Below, piece after piece: positions 45,620 to 56,622 of a stretch of DNA of 64,000 bases; position 1 is the stretch's first letter; each line of letters opens with the position of its first letter. The stretch lies in contig CAZRFD010000011.1 of the NCBI GenBank assembly GCA_964599085.1, forward strand, positions 18,530 to 82,529. The letters run 5' to 3'. The notes beneath the pieces were generated by a model. That model saw only the letters and a program-made list of their open reading frames with translations. It was not told the origin of the DNA and did not search any database. A program made the position numbers and the translations under genes. The stretch comes from an uncultured Enterobacterales bacterium (GTDB lineage Bacteria > Myxococcota_A > UBA796 > UBA2385).

Positions 45620-46327
45620 ATGTCCCCGACCCCCGTGATCGAGACCCGTGATCTCTGCCGGCGCTTTGGACGCCGGTGGGCGCTGGCCCGGCTCGACCTG
45701 ACTGTGGAAGAGGGGGAGCGGATCCTGCTCCTCGGTGCCAACGGCAGCGGCAAGAGCACGCTGCTGACCATCCTCGCCACCCTGATGCCGGCGACCCGCG
45801 GGCAGCTCCGCATGTTCGGGATGGACCCGGCCCAGAACCGGGCCGACATCCGGCGGCGGGTCGGCATCGTGCGGCACGCCCACGGTCTCTACGAAGACCT
45901 CTCGGCGCGGGACAACCTGGCCTTCCGGGCGCGCATCGCTGGGGACGGCAAGGCCCATGTCGGCGAGCTGCTGGCGCGGGTGGGCCTCGACGATCGGGCC
46001 GAGCCCATCCGGACGTACAGCGCGGGCATGCGCAAGCGGCTGCAGCTCGCTGCCCTCGAAGTCGAAGCCCCCGACCTCGTGCTGCTCGACGAACCCTACG
46101 CCGCACTGGACCCGGCGGGCTGTGCCGACGTCTCGGCCTTCATCCGCAGCCGCACGGGCACCGTCATCATCGCCAGCCACCAGGTCGAACGCGCGGCCGC
46201 GGTGTGCACGCGCGCGGTGCTCCTGGACCAGGGCCTGATGCGGTGGAGCGGGCCGGCCGACCGGGCCTGGGAAGCCTGGCGCAAGGTCCAGGAAGAGTCG
46301 GCCCGGACGGACGTGGGGGCCGCATGA
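45620..46327 (+). CDS. ccmA: heme exporter ATP-binding protein CcmA
   Basis: Walker A GANGSGKST, signature YSAGMRKRL, Walker B LVLLDEP. Followed by ccmB with an ATGA overlap. Confidence 0.9.
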   Translation: MSPTPVIETRDLCRRFGRRWALARLDLTVEEGERILLLGANGSGKSTLLTILATLMPATRGQLRMFGMDPAQNRADIRRRVGIVRHAHGLYEDLSARDNLAFRARIAGDGKAHVGELLARVGLDDRAEPIRTYSAGMRKRLQLAALEVEAPDLVLLDEPYAALDPAGCADVSAFIRSRTGTVIIASHQVERAAAVCTRAVLLDQGLMRWSGPADRAWEAWRKVQEESARTDVGAA

Positions 46328-47001
46328 ACGTCGCCCGCTCGGTGGTGTCGCTGGTCGCCAAGGACCTGCTGGTCGAGTGGCGGGCCCGGGCCCAGCTCGT
46401 CGCGCTGCTCGGCTTCTCGGTCGTGGTGATCCTGCTGTTCTCGTTCGCGGTGGGGCCTGACAGCACCCTGCTGGCCCGCCACGCCGGTGGCTACCTGTGG
46501 CTGGCCCTGCTCCTGGCCAGCACGCTGCTGCTCGCCCGCTCGCTGCAGCTCGAGACGGAGACGGGTGCCCTCGAAGCGCTGCTGCTGGCGCCGGTGCCGG
46601 CCCCGGCCATCTTCTATGGCAAGGCCTTGGCCAACACCGGGCTGCTGGTGCTGGTCGCCTGTGTGGCGCTGCCTCTGGATCTGGCCATCACCGGCGCGGT
46701 CATCACGGAGAGCATGCTGCCGATGGTGCTGGTGGTGTTCCTTGGCGCTGCCGGGATCGCCGCACCCGGCACCTTCTACGCAGCACTCACCGCCCGGGTG
46801 GCGGGCCGCCAGATCCTCCTGCCGCTGCTGCTCTTCCCGCTCATCGTGCCGGCGCTGCTGGCTGCGGTGAAGGCGACCAGCCTGGTCATGCAGGGAGACC
46901 CCATGGGCCAGCTCGGGAGCTGGCTGACGCTGTTGCTGTGCTTCGACCTCATCTACTGGAGCCTCTGCGGCGTGCTCTTCGAGCGCGTCGTCGAGACCTG
47001 A
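46324..47001 (+). CDS. ccmB: heme exporter membrane protein CcmB
   Basis: The internal ATG at 46324 gives MNVARSVVSLVAKDLLVEWRARAQ..., 6 TM helices, typical CcmB. Confidence 0.9.
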   Translation: MNVARSVVSLVAKDLLVEWRARAQLVALLGFSVVVILLFSFAVGPDSTLLARHAGGYLWLALLLASTLLLARSLQLETETGALEALLLAPVPAPAIFYGKALANTGLLVLVACVALPLDLAITGAVITESMLPMVLVVFLGAAGIAAPGTFYAALTARVAGRQILLPLLLFPLIVPALLAAVKATSLVMQGDPMGQLGSWLTLLLCFDLIYWSLCGVLFERVVET

Positions 47002-47092
47002 TCTCCGTCATGCGGCGACCCTCCACGCTCGGGGGGCAGGTGCCCTGCCCGTTGGGCGTCGTTAGGGACCACGCCTCTCCCCGGACCATGCC

Positions 47093-47806
47093 GTGACTCC
47101 CCGCAGCTACTCGACCGCGGCCGCGCTCATCGGGCTCGGCTTCGTGACCATGGCCATCGGCCACGCCATCGGCCTCTTCGTCGCCCCCGCCGAAGCGATG
47201 ATGGGCAACGTCGGCCGGATCCTCTACGTGCACGTGCCCACCGCCTGGAACGCCATGCTGGTGTTCTTCTTCGGCTTCGGTGCCGCGGTGGCGTCGATGT
47301 GGACCGGCAAGCGCAAGTGGGACGCCTGGACGGCGGCCTCGGTCGAGGTGGGCACCGTCCTGACCCTGCTGCTGCTGGTCCAGGGCAGCCTCTGGGCGAA
47401 GCCCACCTGGGGCGTGTTCTGGACCTGGGACCCGCGCCTGACCACGTCGGCCGTGCTCGGGGCGGCCTTTGGGGTCGTGCTGCTGCTGCGACGCCTCATC
47501 GATCAGCCGGCGCGCCGCCAGATGGCGACCGCCGTCGCCACCATCGTGGCCTTCGTCGACGTGCCCATCGTCTACATGAGCGTGCGGTGGTGGAACTCCC
47601 TGCACCAGACCCAGTCCACTCCCAAGACCGTCGACCAGATGATGGTCCTGCCGCTGCGCGTGGCGGCCTTCGGGATCCTGCTGCTCTCCATCGGCCTCGT
47701 CATCGCGCGTTGGCGCAGCGAGATGGCCCGGCTCGCCTCTGAAGAGCGCGCCCCGGACCTGCCCGACGCACCGACACCCCTCAACCTCGAGCAGGGCTCC
47801 CGCTGA
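47093..47806 (+). CDS. ccmC: heme exporter protein CcmC
   Basis: GTG start. ILYVHVPTAW and the WGVFWTWDPRL tryptophan-rich (WWD) motif. Confidence 0.95.
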   Translation: MTPRSYSTAAALIGLGFVTMAIGHAIGLFVAPAEAMMGNVGRILYVHVPTAWNAMLVFFFGFGAAVASMWTGKRKWDAWTAASVEVGTVLTLLLLVQGSLWAKPTWGVFWTWDPRLTTSAVLGAAFGVVLLLRRLIDQPARRQMATAVATIVAFVDVPIVYMSVRWWNSLHQTQSTPKTVDQMMVLPLRVAAFGILLLSIGLVIARWRSEMARLASEERAPDLPDAPTPLNLEQGSR

Positions 47807-47822
47807 GCCCCAGGAGCGCGCC

Positions 47823-47975
47823 ATGAACGGGATGATCCAGGGTGGCTGGAGCTACGTGATCGCCGTGTACGGCATCTCGTGGGGCGTCCTGCTGGCCTAC
47901 GCCGTCGTCGTGCTGCGCGGGTCCCGCCCCGCGGCCCTGGCGGACCTCGACGCCGCGTCCGACCCCAATTCCTGA
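47823..47975 (+). CDS. ccmD: heme exporter protein CcmD (50 aa)
   Basis: Not in the ORF track (under 60 aa). MNGMIQGGWSYVIAVYGISWGVLLAYAVVVLRG... has a single TM helix and sits in the canonical position between ccmC and ccmE. Confidence 0.75.
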   Translation: MNGMIQGGWSYVIAVYGISWGVLLAYAVVVLRGSRPAALADLDAASDPNS

Positions 47976-47984
47976 GAGGCGACC

Positions 47985-48439
47985 ATGACCCCGCAAGCCA
48001 AGCGTCGCATCTTCCTCGTGGTGGCCCTCGTGGTCGCGGGCGGGGCGCTGGCCGTGATCTCGGCCGGTGGCATCGGCGAGAACCTCGTCTACTACTGGAC
48101 GCCCTCCCAGGTCCACGAGAACGCCGACAAGGCCGTCGGGGCGACCATCCGCCTGGGCGGCGTCGTCCAGAAGGGCTCCGTCGACTGGCAGCCGGACAGC
48201 CAGTCGCTCAGCTTCACGGTGGGCGATGGTGTGGAAGACACCCAGACCCCGCTGGTCGTCCACGCCCAGTCGGCCCCGCCGCAGATGTTCCGTGAGGGCA
48301 TCGGCGTCGTCGTCGAGGGCACGATGACCAAGGACGGCACCTTCCGCGCCGACAAGGTCATGGTCAAGCACTCCAACGAGTACCGGGCGCCCAAGGAAGG
48401 CGTGAGCGCCAAGGAACTCTACGCCACCGTGGAAGAGCT

Positions 48440-48443
<4 letters not shown>
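47985..48443 (+). CDS. ccmE: cytochrome c-type biogenesis heme chaperone CcmE
   Basis: N-terminal anchor, an OB-fold, and the heme-binding His in VMVKHSNEY. Confidence 0.95.
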
Positions 48444-50469
<2,026 letters not shown>

Positions 50470-50473
<4 letters not shown>

Positions 50474-50988
50474 ACTGGAAGGTGCTGCTGGCTGGCGCGC
50501 TCGTCGTCGTGCCGCTCGTGCTGGTGCTCGCCCTGGGCTTCGGAAAGGACCCGCGGGCGCTGCCGGTGACCATGGAACACAAGCCCGCACCACAGTTCTC
50601 GCTGGATGCGATGGACGACGAGGGCCACTTCGACCTCTCCGAGCTGCGTGGGCAGCCCGTGGTCCTCAACTTCTACGCGAGCTGGTGCATCCCCTGTGCC
50701 GAAGAGCACCCCTGGCTGGTGCAGGTGTCGAAGTCCTACATCCCCAAGGGCGTGACCTTCCTCGGCGTGCTCTACAACGATGAACCGGCCAAGGGGAAGG
50801 GCTTCCTGGCCCGCTACGGCAAGAACTACCCGACGTTGATCGATTCCGGTGGGCGGGTGGCCATCGACTACGGCGTCGCGGGCGTGCCGGAGACCTACGT
50901 GATCGACCGCGACGGTCAGATCGTCAAGAAGTTCGTCGGCCCGGTGGATCCGGACGAGTTCCTGGCCGTGCTGGAGGCCGTGCTGTGA
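50470..50988 (+). CDS. ccmG: thiol:disulfide oxidoreductase CcmG/DsbE
   Basis: GTG at 50470 in a GTGA overlap with ccmF. N-terminal anchor, WCIPC active site, GVPETYVID. Confidence 0.9.
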
Positions 50989-51581
50989 AGACGCTGCTGC
51001 TGACCACGCTGCTGTGGATGTGGGCCGCTGACGCGTCCGCCCAGGAGGGCGCCGCGCCCGCCACGGCTTCCACAGGCGCTCCCGCGGCGGACGCCTCCGC
51101 GGCGGACGCCCCGGTGGGACTCGACGAACCCCCCGCCGGTCCGCCACCCCCCACGGAAGACGCCATCGACCAGCTCACCGAGCAGATCTCGAAGGGCCTG
51201 CGCTGCCCGGTCTGCCAGGGACTCTCGGTGGCCGACTCGCCGGCCGACGGCGCCCGCACCATGAAGCACCGCGTCCGTGAGCTGGTGGCGATGGGCTACG
51301 ACGGCCAGCAGATCGACGACTACTTCGTCGACCGCTACGGCGTGTGGATCCTGCTGGCCCCACCCGAACAGGGACGCCACTGGCTGGTGTACCTCGCGCC
51401 GATCGGGTTCCTGCTCGCCGGCGTGGGCGGGATCTGGTTCCTCGTCCGCACGCGCGCCGAAGAAGAGATCGAACCGGAGGATGCGGCTGTCGCCGCGCCG
51501 GTGCCGGCCGATGACCTGGAACCCTACCGCCAGCGCATCCTCGCCGAGCTGGGCCTGTCGGCTCAGGGAGGGCGGCCATGA
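50985..51581 (+). CDS. ccmH: cytochrome c-type biogenesis protein CcmH (CycL)
   Basis: GTG start overlapping the ccmG stop. Signal peptide, LRCPVCQGLSVADS motif, C-terminal TM helix. Confidence 0.9.
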   Translation: MKTLLLTTLLWMWAADASAQEGAAPATASTGAPAADASAADAPVGLDEPPAGPPPPTEDAIDQLTEQISKGLRCPVCQGLSVADSPADGARTMKHRVRELVAMGYDGQQIDDYFVDRYGVWILLAPPEQGRHWLVYLAPIGFLLAGVGGIWFLVRTRAEEEIEPEDAAVAAPVPADDLEPYRQRILAELGLSAQGGRP

Positions 51582-52828
51582 CCTGGGACGTCTGGGGCCC
51601 CCCCCTCGTCGTCGTGCTGACCGGCCTCGTGGCCGGCTTCATCGTCGCGCTCCGCGCCCGTCCACGCGACGAGGCGGGTGCGGTGTCGGGGCTGTCGATC
51701 GAGGACCTGCTGGCCCGCAAGCAGAGTCTGGTCGAGCAGCTTCGCTCGCTGGAAGCCGATCGCAGCAAGATGTCGGCTGCGGACTTCGACGAACGCTGGA
51801 AGCGCACCCTCGACAAGGCCGCGGCGACCCTGCGGGACCTCGATGCTGCGCGACTCGCTCCTCCGCCGACGGCAGCGCTCGATGCGGCTGCTCCTGCCGC
51901 AGCCTCGCAGGCGGCGAGCGCCGCTCCGGGAGCGCCCGCCGGCAGCGGTGGGGCCCTGGCCCGGCGCCTGGGCTGGACCGTCGGTGTCGTGGCCTTCTTC
52001 GTGCTCCTCGGCGTGACGCTGACGAAGTCCAGCGGAACCCGCTCGGAGGGCGGCAGCATGACGGGCGGCGGCGGCATGAGCGCTCAGTCTTCAGAGCTCG
52101 CCGACGCCGAAGCGCGCCTCGCCGCGGATCCGACCGACGTCGACGCCGCGGTCATGCTGGCCCACGACGCCATCCGCCGGGGCCAGCTCGACGCCGGCAT
52201 GAAGTACGTCGACGCGGGGCGCAAGGTGGCCCCGCGGGACCCGCGGATCCAGTCCAGCCTGGCCGCGCTGATGATCTCCATCGGCTACCTCGACCGCGCA
52301 GAGTCGACGCTGGACCAGGCGCAGGCCGCTGATCCCCAGCTCGCCACCGCCTGGCTCTGGCGCGGTGTGCTGGAGATGCAGCGTGGCAACAACGACGCGT
52401 CGAAGGCTGCCTTCGAGAAGGTCCTGGAGCTGTCCAAGGACTCGACCGACCGACGGCTCGCCGCCAGCCTCATCGGCGAGCTCTCGGCGCCGCCTCCCCA
52501 GGTGCGCGTGACGGGCTCGGTCGCCGTCGCCGACGGCTCCACCGTGCCGCCGGATGCGCTGGTCTTCATCTACGCCCGCCCCTCGCAGGTGGCAGCGGGG
52601 CCGCCGCTGGCCGCGCTCCGCAAGTCGGCGTCCGAGCTGCCGCTGGAGTTTTCCATCTCCGACAGCGACATGGTCATGGGCGGCAACGCCTGGCCGGACC
52701 AGGTCTGGCTCCAGGCCCGCGTGGACCTGGACGGCAACGCGATGACCAAGGAAGAGGGGGCACCCAAGACCGACATGATCGGTCCGGTGACGGCCGACAG
52801 CGGCCCCGTCACCCTCACCCTGCAGTAG
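51578..52828 (+). CDS. ccmI: cytochrome c-type biogenesis protein CcmI (CycH), TPR-containing
   Basis: 416 aa, start overlaps the ccmH stop. Two TM segments, TPR-like repeats, and a C-terminal ALVFIYARP...GPPLAALR domain typical of CycH/CcmI. Confidence 0.8.
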   Translation: MTWDVWGPPLVVVLTGLVAGFIVALRARPRDEAGAVSGLSIEDLLARKQSLVEQLRSLEADRSKMSAADFDERWKRTLDKAAATLRDLDAARLAPPPTAALDAAAPAAASQAASAAPGAPAGSGGALARRLGWTVGVVAFFVLLGVTLTKSSGTRSEGGSMTGGGGMSAQSSELADAEARLAADPTDVDAAVMLAHDAIRRGQLDAGMKYVDAGRKVAPRDPRIQSSLAALMISIGYLDRAESTLDQAQAADPQLATAWLWRGVLEMQRGNNDASKAAFEKVLELSKDSTDRRLAASLIGELSAPPPQVRVTGSVAVADGSTVPPDALVFIYARPSQVAAGPPLAALRKSASELPLEFSISDSDMVMGGNAWPDQVWLQARVDLDGNAMTKEEGAPKTDMIGPVTADSGPVTLTLQ

Positions 52829-52921
52829 GCCCGCAGTCGGCCAAGGCCGCCACACCGCATCGGGCGCCAAGGCGATCGGGGGCGCGGCCCTGCGCCAGCG
52901 CGGCGCAGGTGGCAGCGTCGG

Positions 52922-54415
52922 CTACTCGTCTTCGACGTCGACCATGTCGACGAGGACTTCCTCGAGCGCTTCACGGATCGCGGTGAAGCCGTAGCTGTCG
53001 TGGACGTCGGCGACCGGCACGTCTTCCTTGTCGCACATGGGGATCAGGACCCGGTCGGCGTCGACGCCGACGAAGTGGCGCAGCACGATGACCACGTCGA
53101 TGTCCCCGTCGCGTACGCGCTCGGCGACCTTCTCCAGCGCCCGGGGGTGATGGTCGTCCACCCAGTCGGCCTTCGCCCAGCGGAAGATCTCGTCGAGGCG
53201 CTTGCGTGCCGCTTCGGGCACGGGTCCGCCCACGATGGCGACGTTGCGCCCCTCGATGTCGCCTTCGTAGGGCCAGTCCTGGGGCAGCGCCGTGTCGGGG
53301 TCAGCGAGCTCGGCGTCGGCTTCCTCGTCCCGCGTCATGGTGTCCCGGATGGCCTTGCGCAGGTGCTTGAAGCGGGCTTCTGCCTTCAGCGCGTCGAGCA
53401 GCGGGATGGTCACCGTCACGAGCCGTGGGTCGTCCGGCGGCAGGCCGGCCTCGAGCGCCACGGCGACCTGGGCGAGGATGTTCTCTTCGTCGACGTCTGC
53501 GGAGATCCGCCGACGCAGCTCGGCCAGTGCCCGTTCCGGGCTCAGCACGGACGGTTCCGGGAGGAAGTCGATGAGGTCCGTCCACCACCGGCGCGAGTCT
53601 GCCAGCCAGGTCACGCCCATCGGGTGGTGGTGGCGCTGCAGCCCGAACACGAAGCCCGGCTGTTCGCGCTTGCTGTAGCCGGTCATGGTCGAGAACAGGC
53701 GGTCGAGGTCACCGGTCAGCTCCATGGGGATCAGGTCGTCACCGATCTCGTCCTGGAGGTGCCGGGCCCGGGCCACCACCATGCCGACCAGGCTCTTCTG
53801 GACCGGCTTGGGGAAGCTCGCCCACTCGTCGAGGCGGGCGTTCGAGGTGCCGGACGTCAGGCGCGACAGCTCATCGCGCACCCGCTCGCGCGTATCCAGC
53901 GGAGTCGTCGGCTCGCCGAGCAAGCGCAGCAGCTCGGTGAAGCGTTCGTGGTCCAGGTCGCGCATCGCTTCCTGGCGGGCCGAGGTGCGGCTCTGCCGCT
54001 CGCTGTCGGTGTCGGAGCCCACGTGCACGACCCGACGGATCGGCCGGCTGCGGGTGATCACGACCGGACCGTCGTCCGAGCTGTCCGACAAGGTCGTCGT
54101 CAGGGGCGGCGCCGGTGGAGGCGTCGGGGCTTCGCCCGCTTCGCCGGAGAGCTGCACGTCGCCGCCGCGGACCTTCCAGCTCAGGGCCTGACGTGCCCAG
54201 GCCAGCAGCAGTGCGTCCCGACGGGCCGACAGCTTGTCGATGGTTTCGCGGGCCTGGAGCTCCAGCCAGGGGTCCTTGGCCGCGCTCGCGAGCTGCTGGG
54301 CGAGCTGGGTGTGGACGTCGAGCAGGGCCTTGCCGGTGTCTTCGAAGGCCCGCCCCAGATCCGTCGAGTCGGTCGTGGGCACAGCATCACTCCTCGAGCT
54401 CGAAGCTCGATTCAT
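52922..54415 (-). CDS. hypothetical cytoplasmic protein with a C-terminal DUF2325-like alpha/beta module
   Basis: 497 aa. Coiled N-terminus, disordered Ser/Asp/Pro linker, helical middle. The C-terminus, GRNVAIVGG...GDIDVVIVLRHFVGVDADRVLIPMC...GFTAIREAL, resembles the DUF2325 pattern as I remember it. Confidence 0.55.
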   Translation of the reverse strand: MNRASSSRSDAVPTTDSTDLGRAFEDTGKALLDVHTQLAQQLASAAKDPWLELQARETIDKLSARRDALLLAWARQALSWKVRGGDVQLSGEAGEAPTPPPAPPLTTTLSDSSDDGPVVITRSRPIRRVVHVGSDTDSERQSRTSARQEAMRDLDHERFTELLRLLGEPTTPLDTRERVRDELSRLTSGTSNARLDEWASFPKPVQKSLVGMVVARARHLQDEIGDDLIPMELTGDLDRLFSTMTGYSKREQPGFVFGLQRHHHPMGVTWLADSRRWWTDLIDFLPEPSVLSPERALAELRRRISADVDEENILAQVAVALEAGLPPDDPRLVTVTIPLLDALKAEARFKHLRKAIRDTMTRDEEADAELADPDTALPQDWPYEGDIEGRNVAIVGGPVPEAARKRLDEIFRWAKADWVDDHHPRALEKVAERVRDGDIDVVIVLRHFVGVDADRVLIPMCDKEDVPVADVHDSYGFTAIREALEEVLVDMVDVEDE

Positions 54416-54546
54416 CGGTCAAACGTTCGCCGCGAACGAGACGCCCATCAGCGTCTTTCGGGCAGCAGGCTATCACAAGATGTCCCGCAATCCAGACCGC
54501 TGGCCGACGGGCCACGCGACAGTCATCGCAGCAAGGGAGCAAGCAC

Positions 54547-54933
54547 ATGGAGAAGACCTGGGTCCGTCTTGGAAGCATAGCGGGTTTTCTGGGCGTAGCA
54601 GCCGGCGCATTCGGTGCGCACGCCCTGACCGGTCGCATCGACGCCCACCTGCTCGACGTCTTCGCGACAGGCTCGCGGTATGCACTGGTCCACGGCGTCG
54701 CCCTGGTGCTGGTCGGCGCGTTGAGCATGCGGCGCCCGGTCGCAGCGCTCCGCGTGGCCGGCGTCGGGTTCGCGGCGGGCGTCCTGCTGTTCAGCGGGAG
54801 CTTGTGGACGATGGCACTGACCGGCCAGCGCTGGCTGGGGGCTGTCACGCCTCTGGGCGGGCTCGGCTTCCTGGTGGGCTGGCTGGCGCTGGCCGTGGCC
54901 GCGGGGCGGCTCTCCGACGACGCCGACGCCTGA
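54547..54933 (+). CDS. DUF423 (YgdD/TMEM256-like) small membrane protein
   Basis: The internal ATG at 54547 gives 128 aa with 4 TM helices. GSIAGFLGVAAGAFGAHAL and GSRYALVHGVAL motifs. Confidence 0.8.
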   Translation: MEKTWVRLGSIAGFLGVAAGAFGAHALTGRIDAHLLDVFATGSRYALVHGVALVLVGALSMRRPVAALRVAGVGFAAGVLLFSGSLWTMALTGQRWLGAVTPLGGLGFLVGWLALAVAAGRLSDDADA

Positions 54934-55870
54934 GCGATGCAGCAGCCCGCGCCAGCTCGTCGGGGTGCCACAGTGCCAGGTAGAAGCTCAAGCTGATGAG
55001 GGAGAAGGGCCCGACCTCCAGCAGCAACAGCGTGCCCAGGTGCATGGGCAGGCCCACACCGACCAGGAAGACGCGGGGGTCGGCGCGCCGCAGCAGCCGC
55101 CGTCCGAGCCCAGGAGGTGTGCCGGGTGGCAGCGGCCGGCGCGCCCACGCCCCCAGCAGCACCAGCGGAGCGCTGACCTCCCAGATCCAGGTCAACAGCG
55201 TCATCGCCTGGGTCAGCGGGAACCAGGCCGCGACGCCCTGCATGTCGAAGCGCTGCCAGCTCGGCTGCTGCAGGATGTAGTACAGCGCCGACAGGTCGCC
55301 GCCGGGGACCCAGTGCGCCGACAGCTTCTGGGCACCGGTGCTGGCGTACATCACGACGAGCTGCAGCACCATCAGCCAGCGCGGCCAGGACGAGACCAGC
55401 GCGGCGCTGCTCCAGCGGCCGGTGCGCAGCCGGCAGGACAGCGACCAGGTGGCGTCGGATCGGGCGAGCACCAACAGCCACAGCGCGTTGCTCAGCAGGT
55501 CGTCGTAGGAGCCGCCGGCGTGGCCGTTCAGCCAGGTCAGCGCAAGCAGCCCCTGCAGGCCACAGAACGCGGCGAGGCGTGCGCCCAGCCCCATGGTCAG
55601 CGCCAGGCCGGACAGGCTGGTCGCGGCCACCAGCAGGTGGACGACGGTGGGCGAGGGGCCCCCGAGCAGCGCCACCAGGGGCGTTCCCGTGCCCAGGTCG
55701 CGGTAGCCGCCGAAGGCCCGGTCGACCCAGATGAGATCGACCACGTCGTGGCCGATGGCCAGGCCCATCGTCGACAGCAGGCTCAAGCCGACGGCGATGC
55801 GCACCAGGGCGAGGCTCGTGCCGCGCTCCTGCTCTTGCAGCAGGCGGACCCAGGCCGACCAGCGGCTCAC
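54845..55870 (-). CDS. HTTM-domain (vitamin-K-dependent gamma-carboxylase / SdpB-like) polytopic membrane protein
   Basis: 341 aa. N-terminal GTSLALVRIAVGLSLLSTMG... and multiple TM helices fit HTTM. The start is in a GTGA overlap with the upstream gene. The Arg-rich tail overlaps the 3' end of the DUF423 gene by 89 nt. Confidence 0.7.
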   Translation of the reverse strand: MSRWSAWVRLLQEQERGTSLALVRIAVGLSLLSTMGLAIGHDVVDLIWVDRAFGGYRDLGTGTPLVALLGGPSPTVVHLLVAATSLSGLALTMGLGARLAAFCGLQGLLALTWLNGHAGGSYDDLLSNALWLLVLARSDATWSLSCRLRTGRWSSAALVSSWPRWLMVLQLVVMYASTGAQKLSAHWVPGGDLSALYYILQQPSWQRFDMQGVAAWFPLTQAMTLLTWIWEVSAPLVLLGAWARRPLPPGTPPGLGRRLLRRADPRVFLVGVGLPMHLGTLLLLEVGPFSLISLSFYLALWHPDELARAAASLRRRRRRRAAPRPRPAPASPPGSRARPEA

Positions 55871-56622
55871 GGGGTCGGCCCCGTGGACGCCGTGTCACCC
55901 GCTGCGTGCGCGCGCAGCGGCTCCAGCTCGATGATCCGCGTCCGGATCCACTGCCCGGGCGGCTGTTGTCCGGCCTGGGCTTCGACGGGAGAGGGGGTGC
56001 GGCGCTTGTCGTAGCGCAGGCGCACCCGCTGGGCGTCGGGGAAGTCGGTGGCCGCCCGGGTGGCCACCCAGGCCGAGAAGCTCCGCCAGCCCTTCGCAAA
56101 GGCCGGCCAGGCATAGCGGAACAGGGCGGCCCGCATGCGATCGTCATCGAGCTGTCGGGCGAGCCAGCGATACTCCGGTGAACGGGCGACATAGACCGGT
56201 CGCCACCGGCCACCCTCCTCGATGTCGATGTGCAGGCGCGCGGGGTAGCGGTGCGGAGCGACGAACATCCGCCAGCTCTGGTTGGTGCCGAGGAAGCGGT
56301 AGTAGGGCTGCAGCGGCCGGAGGACGAGCTTGCGGGCTGCGCTGTAGCGGGTGCCGAGGCTCCACAGGCCCGCCTGGAACTCCTCGTCGCTCAGGTCCAG
56401 GCCCGCTGCTCTCAGCCGCGCCGCCCAGCTGTTCAGCTCGTCCTGGACGGTCGGGTCCTTCCAGGCGGCCCGGTTCATGCCCCCCTCGGGCGCCGGAATG
56501 GCCGCGAGCATGACGGCTACGACGTGCACCATCACCAGCAGCGCCCGGAGCTGTCGCCACAGGCTCTGCCGTCGCGGAGAGCCGCACTCTCCGACCCCCT
56601 CCCGCTGTGTGGCACTCGTCAC
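55867..56622 (-). CDS. hypothetical membrane-anchored protein, partner of the HTTM protein (SdpA-like role suspected)
   Basis: GTG at 56622 in a GTGA overlap with the GH92 stop. One TM helix (LRALLVMVHVVAVMLAAIP). QSWRMFVAPHRYP motif. Confidence 0.55.
   Translation of the reverse strand: MTSATQREGVGECGSPRRQSLWRQLRALLVMVHVVAVMLAAIPAPEGGMNRAAWKDPTVQDELNSWAARLRAAGLDLSDEEFQAGLWSLGTRYSAARKLVLRPLQPYYRFLGTNQSWRMFVAPHRYPARLHIDIEEGGRWRPVYVARSPEYRWLARQLDDDRMRAALFRYAWPAFAKGWRSFSAWVATRAATDFPDAQRVRLRYDKRRTPSPVEAQAGQQPPGQWIRTRIIELEPLRAHAAGDTASTGPTP

Noticed and set aside
53000-54580. 526-aa plus-strand ORF opposite the DUF2325-like gene
   Set aside because: Its composition is the Val/Gly/His/Asp-rich shadow type. 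The minus-strand frame has balanced composition and high GC3.
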